A stretch of DNA of 64,000 nucleotides from Gammaproteobacteria bacterium (GTDB lineage Bacteria; Pseudomonadota; Gammaproteobacteria; Steroidobacterales; UBA11654), in the NCBI GenBank assembly GCA_002691465.1, contig NZHP01000034.1:8096-72095 (forward strand). Reading direction: 5' to 3'. A program made the position numbers and the translations under genes. This document shows positions 41,716 to 51,287 of the stretch, piece after piece. Below the pieces are notes generated by a model, which was not told the origin of the DNA, ran no database searches, and saw nothing but the letters and a program-made list of their open reading frames with translations. Position 1 is the first letter of the stretch. Every line of letters starts with the position of its first letter.

Positions 41716-42279
41716 TTGGTCATTTTAATGATGTTAGTGCCCTACTTTTTGCTGACATTAAAGTCACTCGGCTATCTATCGGGATTGGGAGCAAACCCAG
41801 TAGAGACTATCATCCATGAAACAGGCCTATGGGGGTTAAGATTTTTGATGCTAACTTTGCTTCTCACACCAATTGCTTATTATTCTAAAATTCCTTCGAT
41901 TAATAAATTAGGCAAACCCGTTGGATTAATGGCATTTTTCTATTTGCTCAATCATTTTTTGACCTATGCAATGATCGATCAAGCAGGAGATTTGGGAGTG
42001 ATCATTGTTGATATAATTGAAACACCCTATTTGATTGTTGGCTGGGGAGGTTTTCTTTGCTTGCTTGGTGTGGCCTCTGTCTCTTTTAAAAGATTAGAAA
42101 ATTGGTTCAATCAAAATAGGTCTACGATCAGTGGGCTTGTTTACACCGCCACAGTGCTTGGTGTGTGGCATTTTTATTGGCAAGCTAAGGTGATTGAAAT
42201 TGAATCACTCATATATTCAATTATGGTAACTGTATTAATCGTTTGGAGATTCAAGATTTCAACAAATCGATCTAGTTAG
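41716..42279 (+). CDS. msrQ: Haem-binding membrane subunit MsrQ (YedZ)
   Basis: Polytopic with conserved His-containing helices (LLNHFLTY, GVWHFYWQ). Follows msrP. The start is uncertain, because the TTG at 41716 seems to truncate helix 1. Confidence 0.8.
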   Translation: MVILMMLVPYFLLTLKSLGYLSGLGANPVETIIHETGLWGLRFLMLTLLLTPIAYYSKIPSINKLGKPVGLMAFFYLLNHFLTYAMIDQAGDLGVIIVDIIETPYLIVGWGGFLCLLGVASVSFKRLENWFNQNRSTISGLVYTATVLGVWHFYWQAKVIEIESLIYSIMVTVLIVWRFKISTNRSS

Positions 42280-42297
42280 TTCTAAACTAAAATTAGA

Positions 42298-43743
42298 TCA
42301 ACTGCTCAATTTCTCCATGACGATCATACTCAAAAGCTCTTCGGTGAAGGATTGTAATTCATAGTCATGGTCATCAAAATTGTTGTGCATGAATAGAAAT
42401 CGATAATTTTTCCCGGATGCAGTAGAAATATAACCAGCCAAACATCTTACTCCATTGAGTGTCCCAGTTTTCAGCTTCATTTGTCCGAGCAATAAATTAG
42501 ATCGATAGATATTTTTTAAAGTGCCATCGATTCCAGAAATTGGAAGCATGGTCTTAATCTCTGAATATTTTTTATCTTGATCAATTTTTTCTATCAAGCT
42601 CATAATGGATTCTGGCCTTAAGCTGGTTTTCCTAGAGAGTCCCGATCCATTCTCAATAAAATTTTGATAGTGCCAATCAATGTTATTTCCCTTCATTGAT
42701 TCGTATAATGACTTTCTTGTATTGCGGTACTCTTTTCTTATTGAATCTCCTGTCAGACTCAAAAAAATATTTCTTGCGGTTAAGTTATCACTCTCCTTCA
42801 GCATTAATCTCAAAGCACTATCGAGATCATTTGAATATATATCAGCAATTAAGAGGCTCTTGTTTGATTTCCTTTTTCTCTTAAAATAACCATTTAGTTT
42901 ACCGCCAGAATCCAACCAGATTTTCTTGAAGGCTCCAAAAAAATAATGCTCGGTTTTAGTAATTGCTAGATCGTGGTCTATTTCTGAGCATGCAGCAGGA
43001 AATAATCCATCAATCACAATCGTGAGAATTTTTTTACGCAATTGTTCTCTAAAACTTACTTGTGATCTAAAATTTCTACAATCACCAGGTCCAATCGATA
43101 AATTGTTTTGAATTTTTATACCGTCCGGAAGAAATAGGGGGCTTATGTCTATTTTTTTTGTTTTAGGATTGATAGAAAAATTTAGATCCATCTTATTTGA
43201 ATTAATAATCAGTGAGGAATGCATTGTGTTGTATGGCCTCATAGGGCTTTGATCAAATGATCCGGTGGAATTCTTTCGTTGTTTAAAAAATGACAGATCC
43301 AAATAAATGCCATCAGAGATTTCGTCTATACCTTTCTCCCTAATTTCACTAACTAAGTCTTCAAGATCCCCTATTGAGAAGTTTGGATCTCCGCCTCCAA
43401 CGATCAAAAGATGATCAATCTTCTTCTTATTCTTAAATTTTTGATCAATGTATGCTTCTGTTTTCCATTGAAATCTCTTGTCCAAAAGATCCATCGCAGC
43501 AAAAGCTGTGAAAAGCTTTGTCACCGAACCAGGGCTTCTTGATGTTCTTGGATTGATTTCAATCAATCTTCTATCGGATTCTGTATCTTCCAAGATGATG
43601 CTTAGTTTGCTCTCTGGTATCTGATGTTTTTTGATTAATGCTTTAACTTGGTATTGCCCAAAAACATGCGAAGAGGAAACAAAACTAATTGCGAGTATTA
43701 GAAACTTAAAGAGATCCTGGTAATTGATGATTGGGAGACGCAC
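42298..43743 (-). CDS. dacB: D-alanyl-D-alanine carboxypeptidase/endopeptidase, PBP4 family (S13)
   Basis: Signal peptide and motifs SVTK, SDN (KESDNLTA) and KTG (LKTGTL). Confidence 0.8.
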   Translation of the reverse strand: MRLPIINYQDLFKFLILAISFVSSSHVFGQYQVKALIKKHQIPESKLSIILEDTESDRRLIEINPRTSRSPGSVTKLFTAFAAMDLLDKRFQWKTEAYIDQKFKNKKKIDHLLIVGGGDPNFSIGDLEDLVSEIREKGIDEISDGIYLDLSFFKQRKNSTGSFDQSPMRPYNTMHSSLIINSNKMDLNFSINPKTKKIDISPLFLPDGIKIQNNLSIGPGDCRNFRSQVSFREQLRKKILTIVIDGLFPAACSEIDHDLAITKTEHYFFGAFKKIWLDSGGKLNGYFKRKRKSNKSLLIADIYSNDLDSALRLMLKESDNLTARNIFLSLTGDSIRKEYRNTRKSLYESMKGNNIDWHYQNFIENGSGLSRKTSLRPESIMSLIEKIDQDKKYSEIKTMLPISGIDGTLKNIYRSNLLLGQMKLKTGTLNGVRCLAGYISTASGKNYRFLFMHNNFDDHDYELQSFTEELLSMIVMEKLSS

Positions 43744-43761
43744 TCACATCATTCTATAAGA

Positions 43762-44817
43762 TCACCTATAGCTGTCTAGTAAATTCTTGAGTGCTTTTTT
43801 GCCTGGGCAAAGTGTTTTGTGATCTATTGAATTCAATGGTTCATCAATCATATTTTCTGTATCAGTGAAGTCTTGCTGCGATTCATCGATATATAGCAAA
43901 CCGGTCAGTAATTCTCCTTCTTCTGAAGCAGCCCGAATATTTTTTACAGAATCACCACGAGATTGAGGAGAATATGATTCATCAGTTTTTCTAAGGATTA
44001 CTCTTCCGCCATCGTGAAGGTCAACTTCAATGCTGGAGCCCTTTTCATAGTTCACTTCAATCTCATTGAATGGAGCAATATAGTCTGTATAAACTGCTTC
44101 ACGCTTGGATTCTCTTGTGCTCATATAGCTCTTGGTAGAGCCTTCGTGATCATTAAAAGTCACACAAGGTGAAATGACATCAACCATTGCAAAACCTTTG
44201 TGCATAAGTCCCGCTTTTAAAAGTGGCACAAGTTGGTCTTTGTCTCCTGAGAAGCTCCTGGCAACGAATGTCGCTCCCAATGCAATTGCAACTTGGCAAG
44301 GATCAATAGGAACCTGTTTATTGGCCTCCCCTTTTTTTGCAGTTGAGCCGACGTCTGCAGATGCAGAGAACTGGCCTTTGGTTAGCCCATAAACACCATT
44401 GTTTTCAATAATATAAAGCATATTGACGTTTCTTCTGATTGCATGTGAGAACTGACCCATCCCAATTGATAATGTATCCCCATCACCAGATACGCCAATA
44501 CAAAATAGCTCTTTGTTTGCAGCATTGGCTCCAGTTGCAACCGATGGCATTCTTCCATGCACGGAGTTGAATCCATGCGATTGGTTTGCAAAGTATGCCG
44601 GCGTCTTTGAGGAACAACCGATTCCACTCATCTTTATCATCCGATGTGGAAGAATATTTAAATCAAAGACTGTCTGTATGATTGCTCCTGTAATGGAATC
44701 ATGTCCACAACCTGCGCATAACGTCGACATTGCACCTTCATAATCTGTATATGTCATCCCAAGTTCGTTCTTGGGTGCATTGCTTAGGGCGATGTTGGGT
44801 TTTTTTATGTAACTCAT
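43762..44817 (-). CDS. korB: 2-oxoacid:ferredoxin oxidoreductase beta subunit (TPP-binding, KorB type)
   Basis: CAGCGH Fe-S/TPP region, plus GDGD..NNGVYGLTKGQ TPP motif. ATGA overlap with korA. Confidence 0.85.
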   Translation of the reverse strand: MSYIKKPNIALSNAPKNELGMTYTDYEGAMSTLCAGCGHDSITGAIIQTVFDLNILPHRMIKMSGIGCSSKTPAYFANQSHGFNSVHGRMPSVATGANAANKELFCIGVSGDGDTLSIGMGQFSHAIRRNVNMLYIIENNGVYGLTKGQFSASADVGSTAKKGEANKQVPIDPCQVAIALGATFVARSFSGDKDQLVPLLKAGLMHKGFAMVDVISPCVTFNDHEGSTKSYMSTRESKREAVYTDYIAPFNEIEVNYEKGSSIEVDLHDGGRVILRKTDESYSPQSRGDSVKNIRAASEEGELLTGLLYIDESQQDFTDTENMIDEPLNSIDHKTLCPGKKALKNLLDSYR

Positions 44818-46622
44818 GCTGCCTTACCTGTGGAGACTTCTTTCATAATTCTTTCTATCACATCTTTGGAGAAAATTGGTATCCCATTGTATAAGCGAAT
44901 TGATTTCAGTTTACTTGAATCACATGAGGTCTCTGTTTGTAAAAGTTTTTTAAGTTGGCCATCGCGGTTCTGCTCTATCACAAATACTCTTTCATGCGCA
45001 TCAATAAATTTCTCAACCTCGTCAGAGAATGGGAACGCCCTTACTCTAAGGTAATTAAAATCATGTCCATCTTTAGACATGAGATCTCTTGCCTCTCTAA
45101 TCGCGTCATCGCAACTCCCAATGCTAAGAATTGCCATTTTGTTTTTCTTTTTAAAATCTTTGATTGGGCTAGGCACCAATGATTTGGCTGTCTCCCATTT
45201 GATGAGCAACCGATCTACCACATCTTGATACTCGTCTGCGTCTTCGGTATATCCACCGAATTTATTGTGTCCCGAGCCTCTAGTAAAATATGCTCCCTTA
45301 GGGTGAGTGCCCGGAATTGTCCTGTATGGAATACCGTCTCCATCGGAATCCAAATAACGATGGAATTGCTCGATCTTCTCAAGATCGTCCTGATCCAACA
45401 CCTTGCCTCTGTTGGGTACGTATTTATCGTCCCATTCCAAATCTTTGATCATCCAGTCATTCATCCCGATGTCTAGATCACTTAGAACAAAGACTGGTGT
45501 TTGGAGCTGTTCCGCAATATCGAATGCATTCACTGATAGGTAAAATGCTTCCTCCGGGTTAGCGGGATAAATACAAACATGCTTGGTATCGCCATGCGAT
45601 GCATATGCACACGATAGGATGTCGCATTGTTGTGTTCTCGTTGGCATCCCAGTTGATGGTCCCGTTCTTTGAACATCAAAAATCACGGTTGGAATTTCAG
45701 CATAGTAGCCAAATCCTATGAATTCGTTCATAAGAGAAATGCCGGGACCGCTTGTTGGTGTAAACGATCTAGCTCCGTTCCATCCGGCTCCCAACGCCAT
45801 ACCAATTGCTGCCAACTCATCTTCGGCTTGGATAACCGAGTAGTTGTTCTTTTTTGTTTTCTTGTCAACTCTGAAAGCTGCACAGTATCTGGAAAATGCA
45901 TCCATCAGTGATGTAGAGGGGGTGATAGGATACCAAGAGCCGACCGTTGCACCGGCATAAAGACATCCGAGTGCTGAAGTGGCATTCCCATCAATGATAA
46001 AGTGATCTTTGGTTTTGTTTGTTGCTAGTGCTTTAAACTTTAGAGGACACTCAAAATTCTCTTTAGCATAATCATGTCCCATTTCTAACGCTTGCTTATT
46101 CGCTTCGATGAGGTGTGTTTTTGAACCGAATGTATCCAGCAATAGTTGTTCAATGACTCCCATGTCCATCTCAAGCAATGCTGCCAACACTCCAACATAA
46201 GTTGTATTCTTCATCAATGTCCTTGCTCTTGCCGTATCGAAAGCTTCGTTGCACATCTTTGCCAAGGGTACCCCTAAAACAGTAATGTCATCTCTCGTCA
46301 TCAGTGTATCTCTCGGCCATGAAGAATCGTAAATGAGGTATCCGCCAGGCTCAACAGCGCTTAGGTCCTCATCATAGGTTTGTGCATTCATGGCAACCAT
46401 AATGTCGACACTGCCAGATGGAGCAAGATAACCATTTTCATTGGCTCTGACTTCATACCATGTTGGAAGCCCTTGGATATTTGACGGAAAATAGTTCTTA
46501 CCAACTACCGGGATTCCCATTCTGAACAAGCTTTTCATAAACATTCCATTTGCACTGGAAGAGCCTGTTCCATTTACATTCGCAAACTTCACCGTAAAAT
46601 CATTGCTTTTCGGTGCACTCAT
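44814..46622 (-). CDS. korA: 2-oxoacid:ferredoxin oxidoreductase alpha subunit (KorA type)
   Basis: 602 aa with the domain III-I-II arrangement typical of two-subunit OFORs (GTGSSSANG.., GYPITPST-like YPITPSTS). 1-nt overlap with the upstream gene. Confidence 0.85.
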   Translation of the reverse strand: MSAPKSNDFTVKFANVNGTGSSSANGMFMKSLFRMGIPVVGKNYFPSNIQGLPTWYEVRANENGYLAPSGSVDIMVAMNAQTYDEDLSAVEPGGYLIYDSSWPRDTLMTRDDITVLGVPLAKMCNEAFDTARARTLMKNTTYVGVLAALLEMDMGVIEQLLLDTFGSKTHLIEANKQALEMGHDYAKENFECPLKFKALATNKTKDHFIIDGNATSALGCLYAGATVGSWYPITPSTSLMDAFSRYCAAFRVDKKTKKNNYSVIQAEDELAAIGMALGAGWNGARSFTPTSGPGISLMNEFIGFGYYAEIPTVIFDVQRTGPSTGMPTRTQQCDILSCAYASHGDTKHVCIYPANPEEAFYLSVNAFDIAEQLQTPVFVLSDLDIGMNDWMIKDLEWDDKYVPNRGKVLDQDDLEKIEQFHRYLDSDGDGIPYRTIPGTHPKGAYFTRGSGHNKFGGYTEDADEYQDVVDRLLIKWETAKSLVPSPIKDFKKKNKMAILSIGSCDDAIREARDLMSKDGHDFNYLRVRAFPFSDEVEKFIDAHERVFVIEQNRDGQLKKLLQTETSCDSSKLKSIRLYNGIPIFSKDVIERIMKEVSTGKAA

Positions 46623-48427
46623 CAGACAGCCTTTTTGGTTTCTTTTGCTGCATCAATTGCTTCATCGCTTGCATATGGAACCTGAAGGGTAAATTTCTTC
46701 ATATCCCAAGCAGCGGTTGGACAACGCTCTGCGCAGAGGCCGCAATGAATACAGACATCCTCATCCTTAACCATTACTCTCCCAGTTTGAGGCAAGTCTT
46801 CTGATACATAAATCGCTTGGTCAAGATTGTCTGCTGGGGTTTTAATCTTTTGCCTAATTGAAGATTCTTCATCATTTTCTGTAATTGTTAAGCAATTGAC
46901 AGGGCAGATATCGATGCATGCATCGCATTCAATGCATAAACTTGCAACAAAGTCAGTTTGGATATCGCAATTTAGGCACCGCTCCACTTCCCTTTTGAAC
47001 TGACCTGGTTCATACCCCAGTTCTACTTCGATATTGATGTCCTTAAAACGTTTTTGCATGGGAATGGTTGGTACTTCGTATCGATCATCGTAATCGAAGT
47101 CATTGCTGTAACTCCACTCATGGATTCCCATCTTTGCGGTTACCAGATTCATTCCATGGGGCAGCCTATCAGTCAATGATTCTTTGTTGCAATACTTATG
47201 AATTGAGATTGCCGCTTGATGTCCTTGCTCAACGGCTTCAATGATATTCTTGGGCCCAAACGCTGCATCGCCGGCAAAAAATACGCCCTTGAGTGTTGAT
47301 TCATATGTTATTGGATCTACAGCTGGAACTTCCCATTGATCAAATTCAATGCCAAGATCTCGTTCAATCCATGGAAACGAGTTTTCCTGCCCAATGGCTA
47401 AAATGACTGTATCGCATGGGATAATTGCTTCATCAACTTTTCTGGATTGTTTTTTTCCATCATCATCAACCGAATATTCCATTATGGAAAAACGCATGCC
47501 GACTAGCTTTCCGTCTTCGACAATGTATTCTTCTGGAGAATGGCATAGTACCAAATCAACATTTTCCTCCAATGCCGGCTCCAGTTCCCAATCCGACGAT
47601 TTCATTGCATGTCGTTCCCCGCGATAAATGACTTTCACATCTTTTCCGCCAAGCCTTAGGGACGTTCTGCAACAATCCATGGCAGTGTTGCCTCCACCAA
47701 TAATCAAAACTTTCTCTCCCACTTCATCAATGTGGTCAAATGCCACCGACTCCAACCAAGCAATGCCAATATGAATTTGATCGGTGTCGTATCTTCCGGG
47801 CAAGTCTAGCTCTCTGCCTTTTGGCGCTCCTGTGCCTACCAAAACTGCGTCATAATCCTCATTTAAAAGATTTTTCAAACTTTCTATTGAGTGATTCAAG
47901 TGCAGATTAATGCCCTGTTCTACAATCACATCAAATTCTTCATCAATCACATCTGGCGGTAATCTGAATTTTGGTATGTTACTCCTTATCAACCCTCCCA
48001 TCTCGGGAAGCGATTCAAAAACATCCATCTCATAGCCAAGCGGAAGGAGATCATTTGCCACTGTCATTGAGGCACAACCTGCACCAATGATGGCAATCTT
48101 TTTGCCATTTTTTTGTTCGGGGACAGGAGGGAGATAGGGCTTAAAGTCGTCCTTGAGATCACCCGCAACCCTTTTCAATCTGCAAATTGCAACGGGTTCT
48201 TCGTCCACTCTGGCTCTTCTGCAAACCGGCTCACAAGGTCTGTCGCAAACCCTGCCTAAAATTCCAGGAAAAACATTCGATTCTCTATTCAGAAGGTAAG
48301 CTTGTGTATATTCTCCTTGAGCAATATGTCTGATATAGCCTGGAACGTCTGTGTGTGCTGGGCATCCCCATTGGCAATCAACGACCTTATGGTAGTATTC
48401 TGGATTTTTTGTGTCTGTAGGTTGCAT
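46622..48427 (-). CDS. GltD-like NAD(P)H flavoprotein fused to a 2x[4Fe-4S] ferredoxin domain
   Basis: N-terminal Cys-rich Fe-S region, two dinucleotide folds (IAIIGAGCAS, VLIIGGGNTAMD) and C-terminal CIECDACIDICP and CIHCGLCAERCP clusters. Confidence 0.8.
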   Translation of the reverse strand: MQPTDTKNPEYYHKVVDCQWGCPAHTDVPGYIRHIAQGEYTQAYLLNRESNVFPGILGRVCDRPCEPVCRRARVDEEPVAICRLKRVAGDLKDDFKPYLPPVPEQKNGKKIAIIGAGCASMTVANDLLPLGYEMDVFESLPEMGGLIRSNIPKFRLPPDVIDEEFDVIVEQGINLHLNHSIESLKNLLNEDYDAVLVGTGAPKGRELDLPGRYDTDQIHIGIAWLESVAFDHIDEVGEKVLIIGGGNTAMDCCRTSLRLGGKDVKVIYRGERHAMKSSDWELEPALEENVDLVLCHSPEEYIVEDGKLVGMRFSIMEYSVDDDGKKQSRKVDEAIIPCDTVILAIGQENSFPWIERDLGIEFDQWEVPAVDPITYESTLKGVFFAGDAAFGPKNIIEAVEQGHQAAISIHKYCNKESLTDRLPHGMNLVTAKMGIHEWSYSNDFDYDDRYEVPTIPMQKRFKDINIEVELGYEPGQFKREVERCLNCDIQTDFVASLCIECDACIDICPVNCLTITENDEESSIRQKIKTPADNLDQAIYVSEDLPQTGRVMVKDEDVCIHCGLCAERCPTAAWDMKKFTLQVPYASDEAIDAAKETKKAV

Positions 48428-48581
48428 GACCTGATATAGCGTTCTATAAAGGTAATATAATTCGAAAATTAAACGTAAAAAGTTTTATTTTAACTGTCTC
48501 TAACAACCCTATTGGATTAACAAAAGAGATTATATATCTAGATCCTAGAAAAAACGATAGTTTTTAATGGCAAAAATTATT

Positions 48582-49922
48582 TTATTGGTGCTGGAACTCC
48601 AGCCTTTTTCCTTGCGGTTCGGTCAATATTCTCCCTCTTTCGTAGACCTTAGATCCATTCACGAACGTCATCTCGATTGAGGAATCAAAACAATGGCCCT
48701 GAAAAGGGCTCCATCCACATTCGTACATGATGTTGTCCTTTGTTACTTCAAACTTGCCATTTGGATCAACCAATACTAAATCAGCCCAATAGCCCTCTCT
48801 GATATAACCCCTATTCTTAACTCCGTATCTATCAGAAACAGCGTGGCTGGTCTTTTTTACAATTGTTTCTATGGGTATGTCATTCTTTCGACTCAACTCA
48901 AGTAAAGCCAGCAATGAATGTTGCACAAGCGGTATTCCTGATGGGCAGTCTGGGTATGGTTTTTGTTTTTCCTCTATTGTGTGAGGTGCATGATCCGTGG
49001 CAATAATGTCAATGCGGTCTTCTTTTAAAGCATCGATAAGAGCCGATTGATCGTCTTCTGTTTTTATCGCTGGATTGCAAACCACCATGCTGCCCAATTC
49101 ATCGTATGCATTGTCATTAAAATACAAATGATGAACACAAACCTCAGCAGTAATTTTCTTTTGGTGATCGCCTGTTTCAAAAAGTTCCATTTCCCTCGCT
49201 GTGGTCAAATGAAGCACGTGCAAATTTGAATCGTGCTTTTTAGCAAGATTTACTGCTTTCGATGAAGATTTATAGCAACACTCAACCGATCTAATATTTG
49301 GGTGCTCTCCAATCGGTATGTCATTGTTGTATTTCAATTTTGCGGCTTCTATGTTCTGCTCAATGATTGGGGTATCTTCGCAATGTGTAACAATCAGGAC
49401 CGGTGATTTCTCAAAAATCTCTTCCAGTGCATTTTCATCATCAACCAAAAGATTCCCCGTCGAAGCACCCATAAATATCTTGACCCCGCAAGCTTCACCC
49501 GGTTGGAGCGACTTGATTTCATCGATGTTTTGATTGCTCGATCCCATATAAAAAGCAAAGTTTGCATGGGCTTTGCCAGCGGCAATCTCGTATTTCTGAG
49601 ATAAAAGTTCTCTGGTAAGGGTTGGAGGATTTACATTTGGCATGTCCATAAAAGACGTAACTCCACCGGCAATCGCAGCCATAGATTCGGACCGGATCCC
49701 GCCTTTGTGTGTTAATCCGGGCTCCCTGAAATGAACCTGATCGTCAATCAAACCAGGAAGGAGCCATTTGCCCTTTGCGTCAATAATTTCAGTGCCATCT
49801 GTAGCAGAAATCTCTTTGCCAATTCTCTCAATCCTTCCATTCTTGATTAATAGATCTTGTTCGACGATTTTGCCTTCATTGACGATGGAAGCATTGATAA
49901 TTAGTATCGCTTGATTGGTCAT
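48582..49922 (-). CDS. pyrC: Dihydroorotase-like cyclic amidohydrolase (long, type I-like)
   Basis: PGLIDDQVHFREPG, HCED and IATDHAPH motifs. The start is placed at MTNQAILIINA (ATG 49922), and the track ORF runs to 50015. Confidence 0.72.
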   Translation of the reverse strand: MTNQAILIINASIVNEGKIVEQDLLIKNGRIERIGKEISATDGTEIIDAKGKWLLPGLIDDQVHFREPGLTHKGGIRSESMAAIAGGVTSFMDMPNVNPPTLTRELLSQKYEIAAGKAHANFAFYMGSSNQNIDEIKSLQPGEACGVKIFMGASTGNLLVDDENALEEIFEKSPVLIVTHCEDTPIIEQNIEAAKLKYNNDIPIGEHPNIRSVECCYKSSSKAVNLAKKHDSNLHVLHLTTAREMELFETGDHQKKITAEVCVHHLYFNDNAYDELGSMVVCNPAIKTEDDQSALIDALKEDRIDIIATDHAPHTIEEKQKPYPDCPSGIPLVQHSLLALLELSRKNDIPIETIVKKTSHAVSDRYGVKNRGYIREGYWADLVLVDPNGKFEVTKDNIMYECGWSPFQGHCFDSSIEMTFVNGSKVYERGRILTEPQGKRLEFQHQ

Positions 49923-49960
49923 AGGGTTATCATAATATGGATTCAATGAATTGACTATGA

Positions 49961-51235
49961 TTGAGCTTGAGTATCTTTTCAAAAAATAAAACATTTTATG
50001 GTTGGTATGTAGCAATAAGCTGCAGCTTGGTTTACTTCTTTGTAAATTCTATGACGCTTTTTGTTCCACAAAACTTATTTCCAAGATTGATGGAAGAATT
50101 TTCTATCAATCAAGCAGAGGTCAGTCTGACTGTTGCCAACACTCTCTTTTATGCCTCCTTTCTCTCCCCGATCTCAGGAATATTGATTGACAAATATGGT
50201 GTAAAAATTGTCATAAGGATTGGCATCATCATTATGGCTCTTATTTACAGTTTTTATCCGTTTGCAAGTTCCATTGATACCTTGTACAGACTTCATATCT
50301 TAATGGCTGTTGGTTTGGTGATGTCTGGTTTAGGGCCTAATGTCATTATCGTATCCAGGTGGTTTAGAAAACACAGAGGTAAAGTCGTTGGCATGGTGGT
50401 TGCAAGCTCAAGTTTGGGTGGCGCTACCATGCCATTACTCATCTCTCCAATCGTAAATAATCCCGATCTGGGATGGCGCTGGGGCTTTGGATTGCTGTCA
50501 GTCCTATTTTGGTTATTTGCTGTAATACCTGTATACAAAATAATACAACCCGATCCTGAGTCTATGGGGCTTAATCCGGATGGGGAAGAGTCGAGTGATG
50601 AAATTATAATTGAAGCGAAAGATACAATACCGCTAAAGCATGCTCTTTTATCCAGAGCATTGTGGTGTCTTGGAATTGGTTCTGCCTGCCTTTGGTTTTC
50701 TATTCAGGGCCTGAATAGTCAGATTTCAATCTTTTTTGAACAAGAAGCAGGATTCACGGCTCAACAATCGGTATTCCTATTCTCCATTCTTTTCTGGTTT
50801 AGCTTTATAGGCAAATTTGGATTTGGCGCATTGAGCGATAAACTTCCAAAAAGAAAAGTGTTGTTGCTGAGTTCAATTGTTCTATTCTTAGGATCATTGC
50901 TCTTATTTGATTTTTCATCTTCCGAGCTTACGCTTACAAAAAATACGACTCAGTTGAGTCTTTTTACGATATGTTTTGGTCTGGGTTTTGGCGGAAGCTT
51001 CAGCATGATCCAGCTTGTTGCTGTTGAGACTTTTGGTCAAGAATACCTGGGAAGAATTTTGGGAATAATCACACTGATTGACGGACTTGGTGCAGCTTAT
51101 GGCACGAAACTATTGAGTGAACTGGCTGTGGATTCAGGAAGTTACCTGCTTCCATTTGGAGTGGTCTCAGCAGTTACATTTTTTGCAATTATTAACGTCT
51201 TTTTCATAAAACCATTGGAAGCATCAAAAAGTTAA
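49961..51235 (+). CDS. MFS transporter
   Basis: 424 aa, about 12 TM with a central hydrophilic loop. TTG start (49961 or 49967), with no in-frame ATG nearby. Confidence 0.75.
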   Translation: MSLSIFSKNKTFYGWYVAISCSLVYFFVNSMTLFVPQNLFPRLMEEFSINQAEVSLTVANTLFYASFLSPISGILIDKYGVKIVIRIGIIIMALIYSFYPFASSIDTLYRLHILMAVGLVMSGLGPNVIIVSRWFRKHRGKVVGMVVASSSLGGATMPLLISPIVNNPDLGWRWGFGLLSVLFWLFAVIPVYKIIQPDPESMGLNPDGEESSDEIIIEAKDTIPLKHALLSRALWCLGIGSACLWFSIQGLNSQISIFFEQEAGFTAQQSVFLFSILFWFSFIGKFGFGALSDKLPKRKVLLLSSIVLFLGSLLLFDFSSSELTLTKNTTQLSLFTICFGLGFGGSFSMIQLVAVETFGQEYLGRILGIITLIDGLGAAYGTKLLSELAVDSGSYLLPFGVVSAVTFFAIINVFFIKPLEASKS

Positions 51236-51287
51236 TTTAATTCAAATTTGTAAACAATTCGATTTGTCGTTAGCCTATTAAGTAGTT

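Noticed and set aside
48537-48549. Palindrome TCTAG-atc-CTAGA between the dihydroorotase-like gene and the OFOR operon
   Set aside because: It is short, and the T-tract is on the wrong side for a terminator of the minus-strand transcript. It could be chance.
49923-50015. 31-codon N-terminal extension of the dihydroorotase-like ORF, overlapping the divergent MFS gene start
   Set aside because: The conserved DHOase N-terminus begins at MTNQAILIINA. The extension (MLHTNHKMFYFLKRYSSS..) looks like translated AT-rich promoter DNA.
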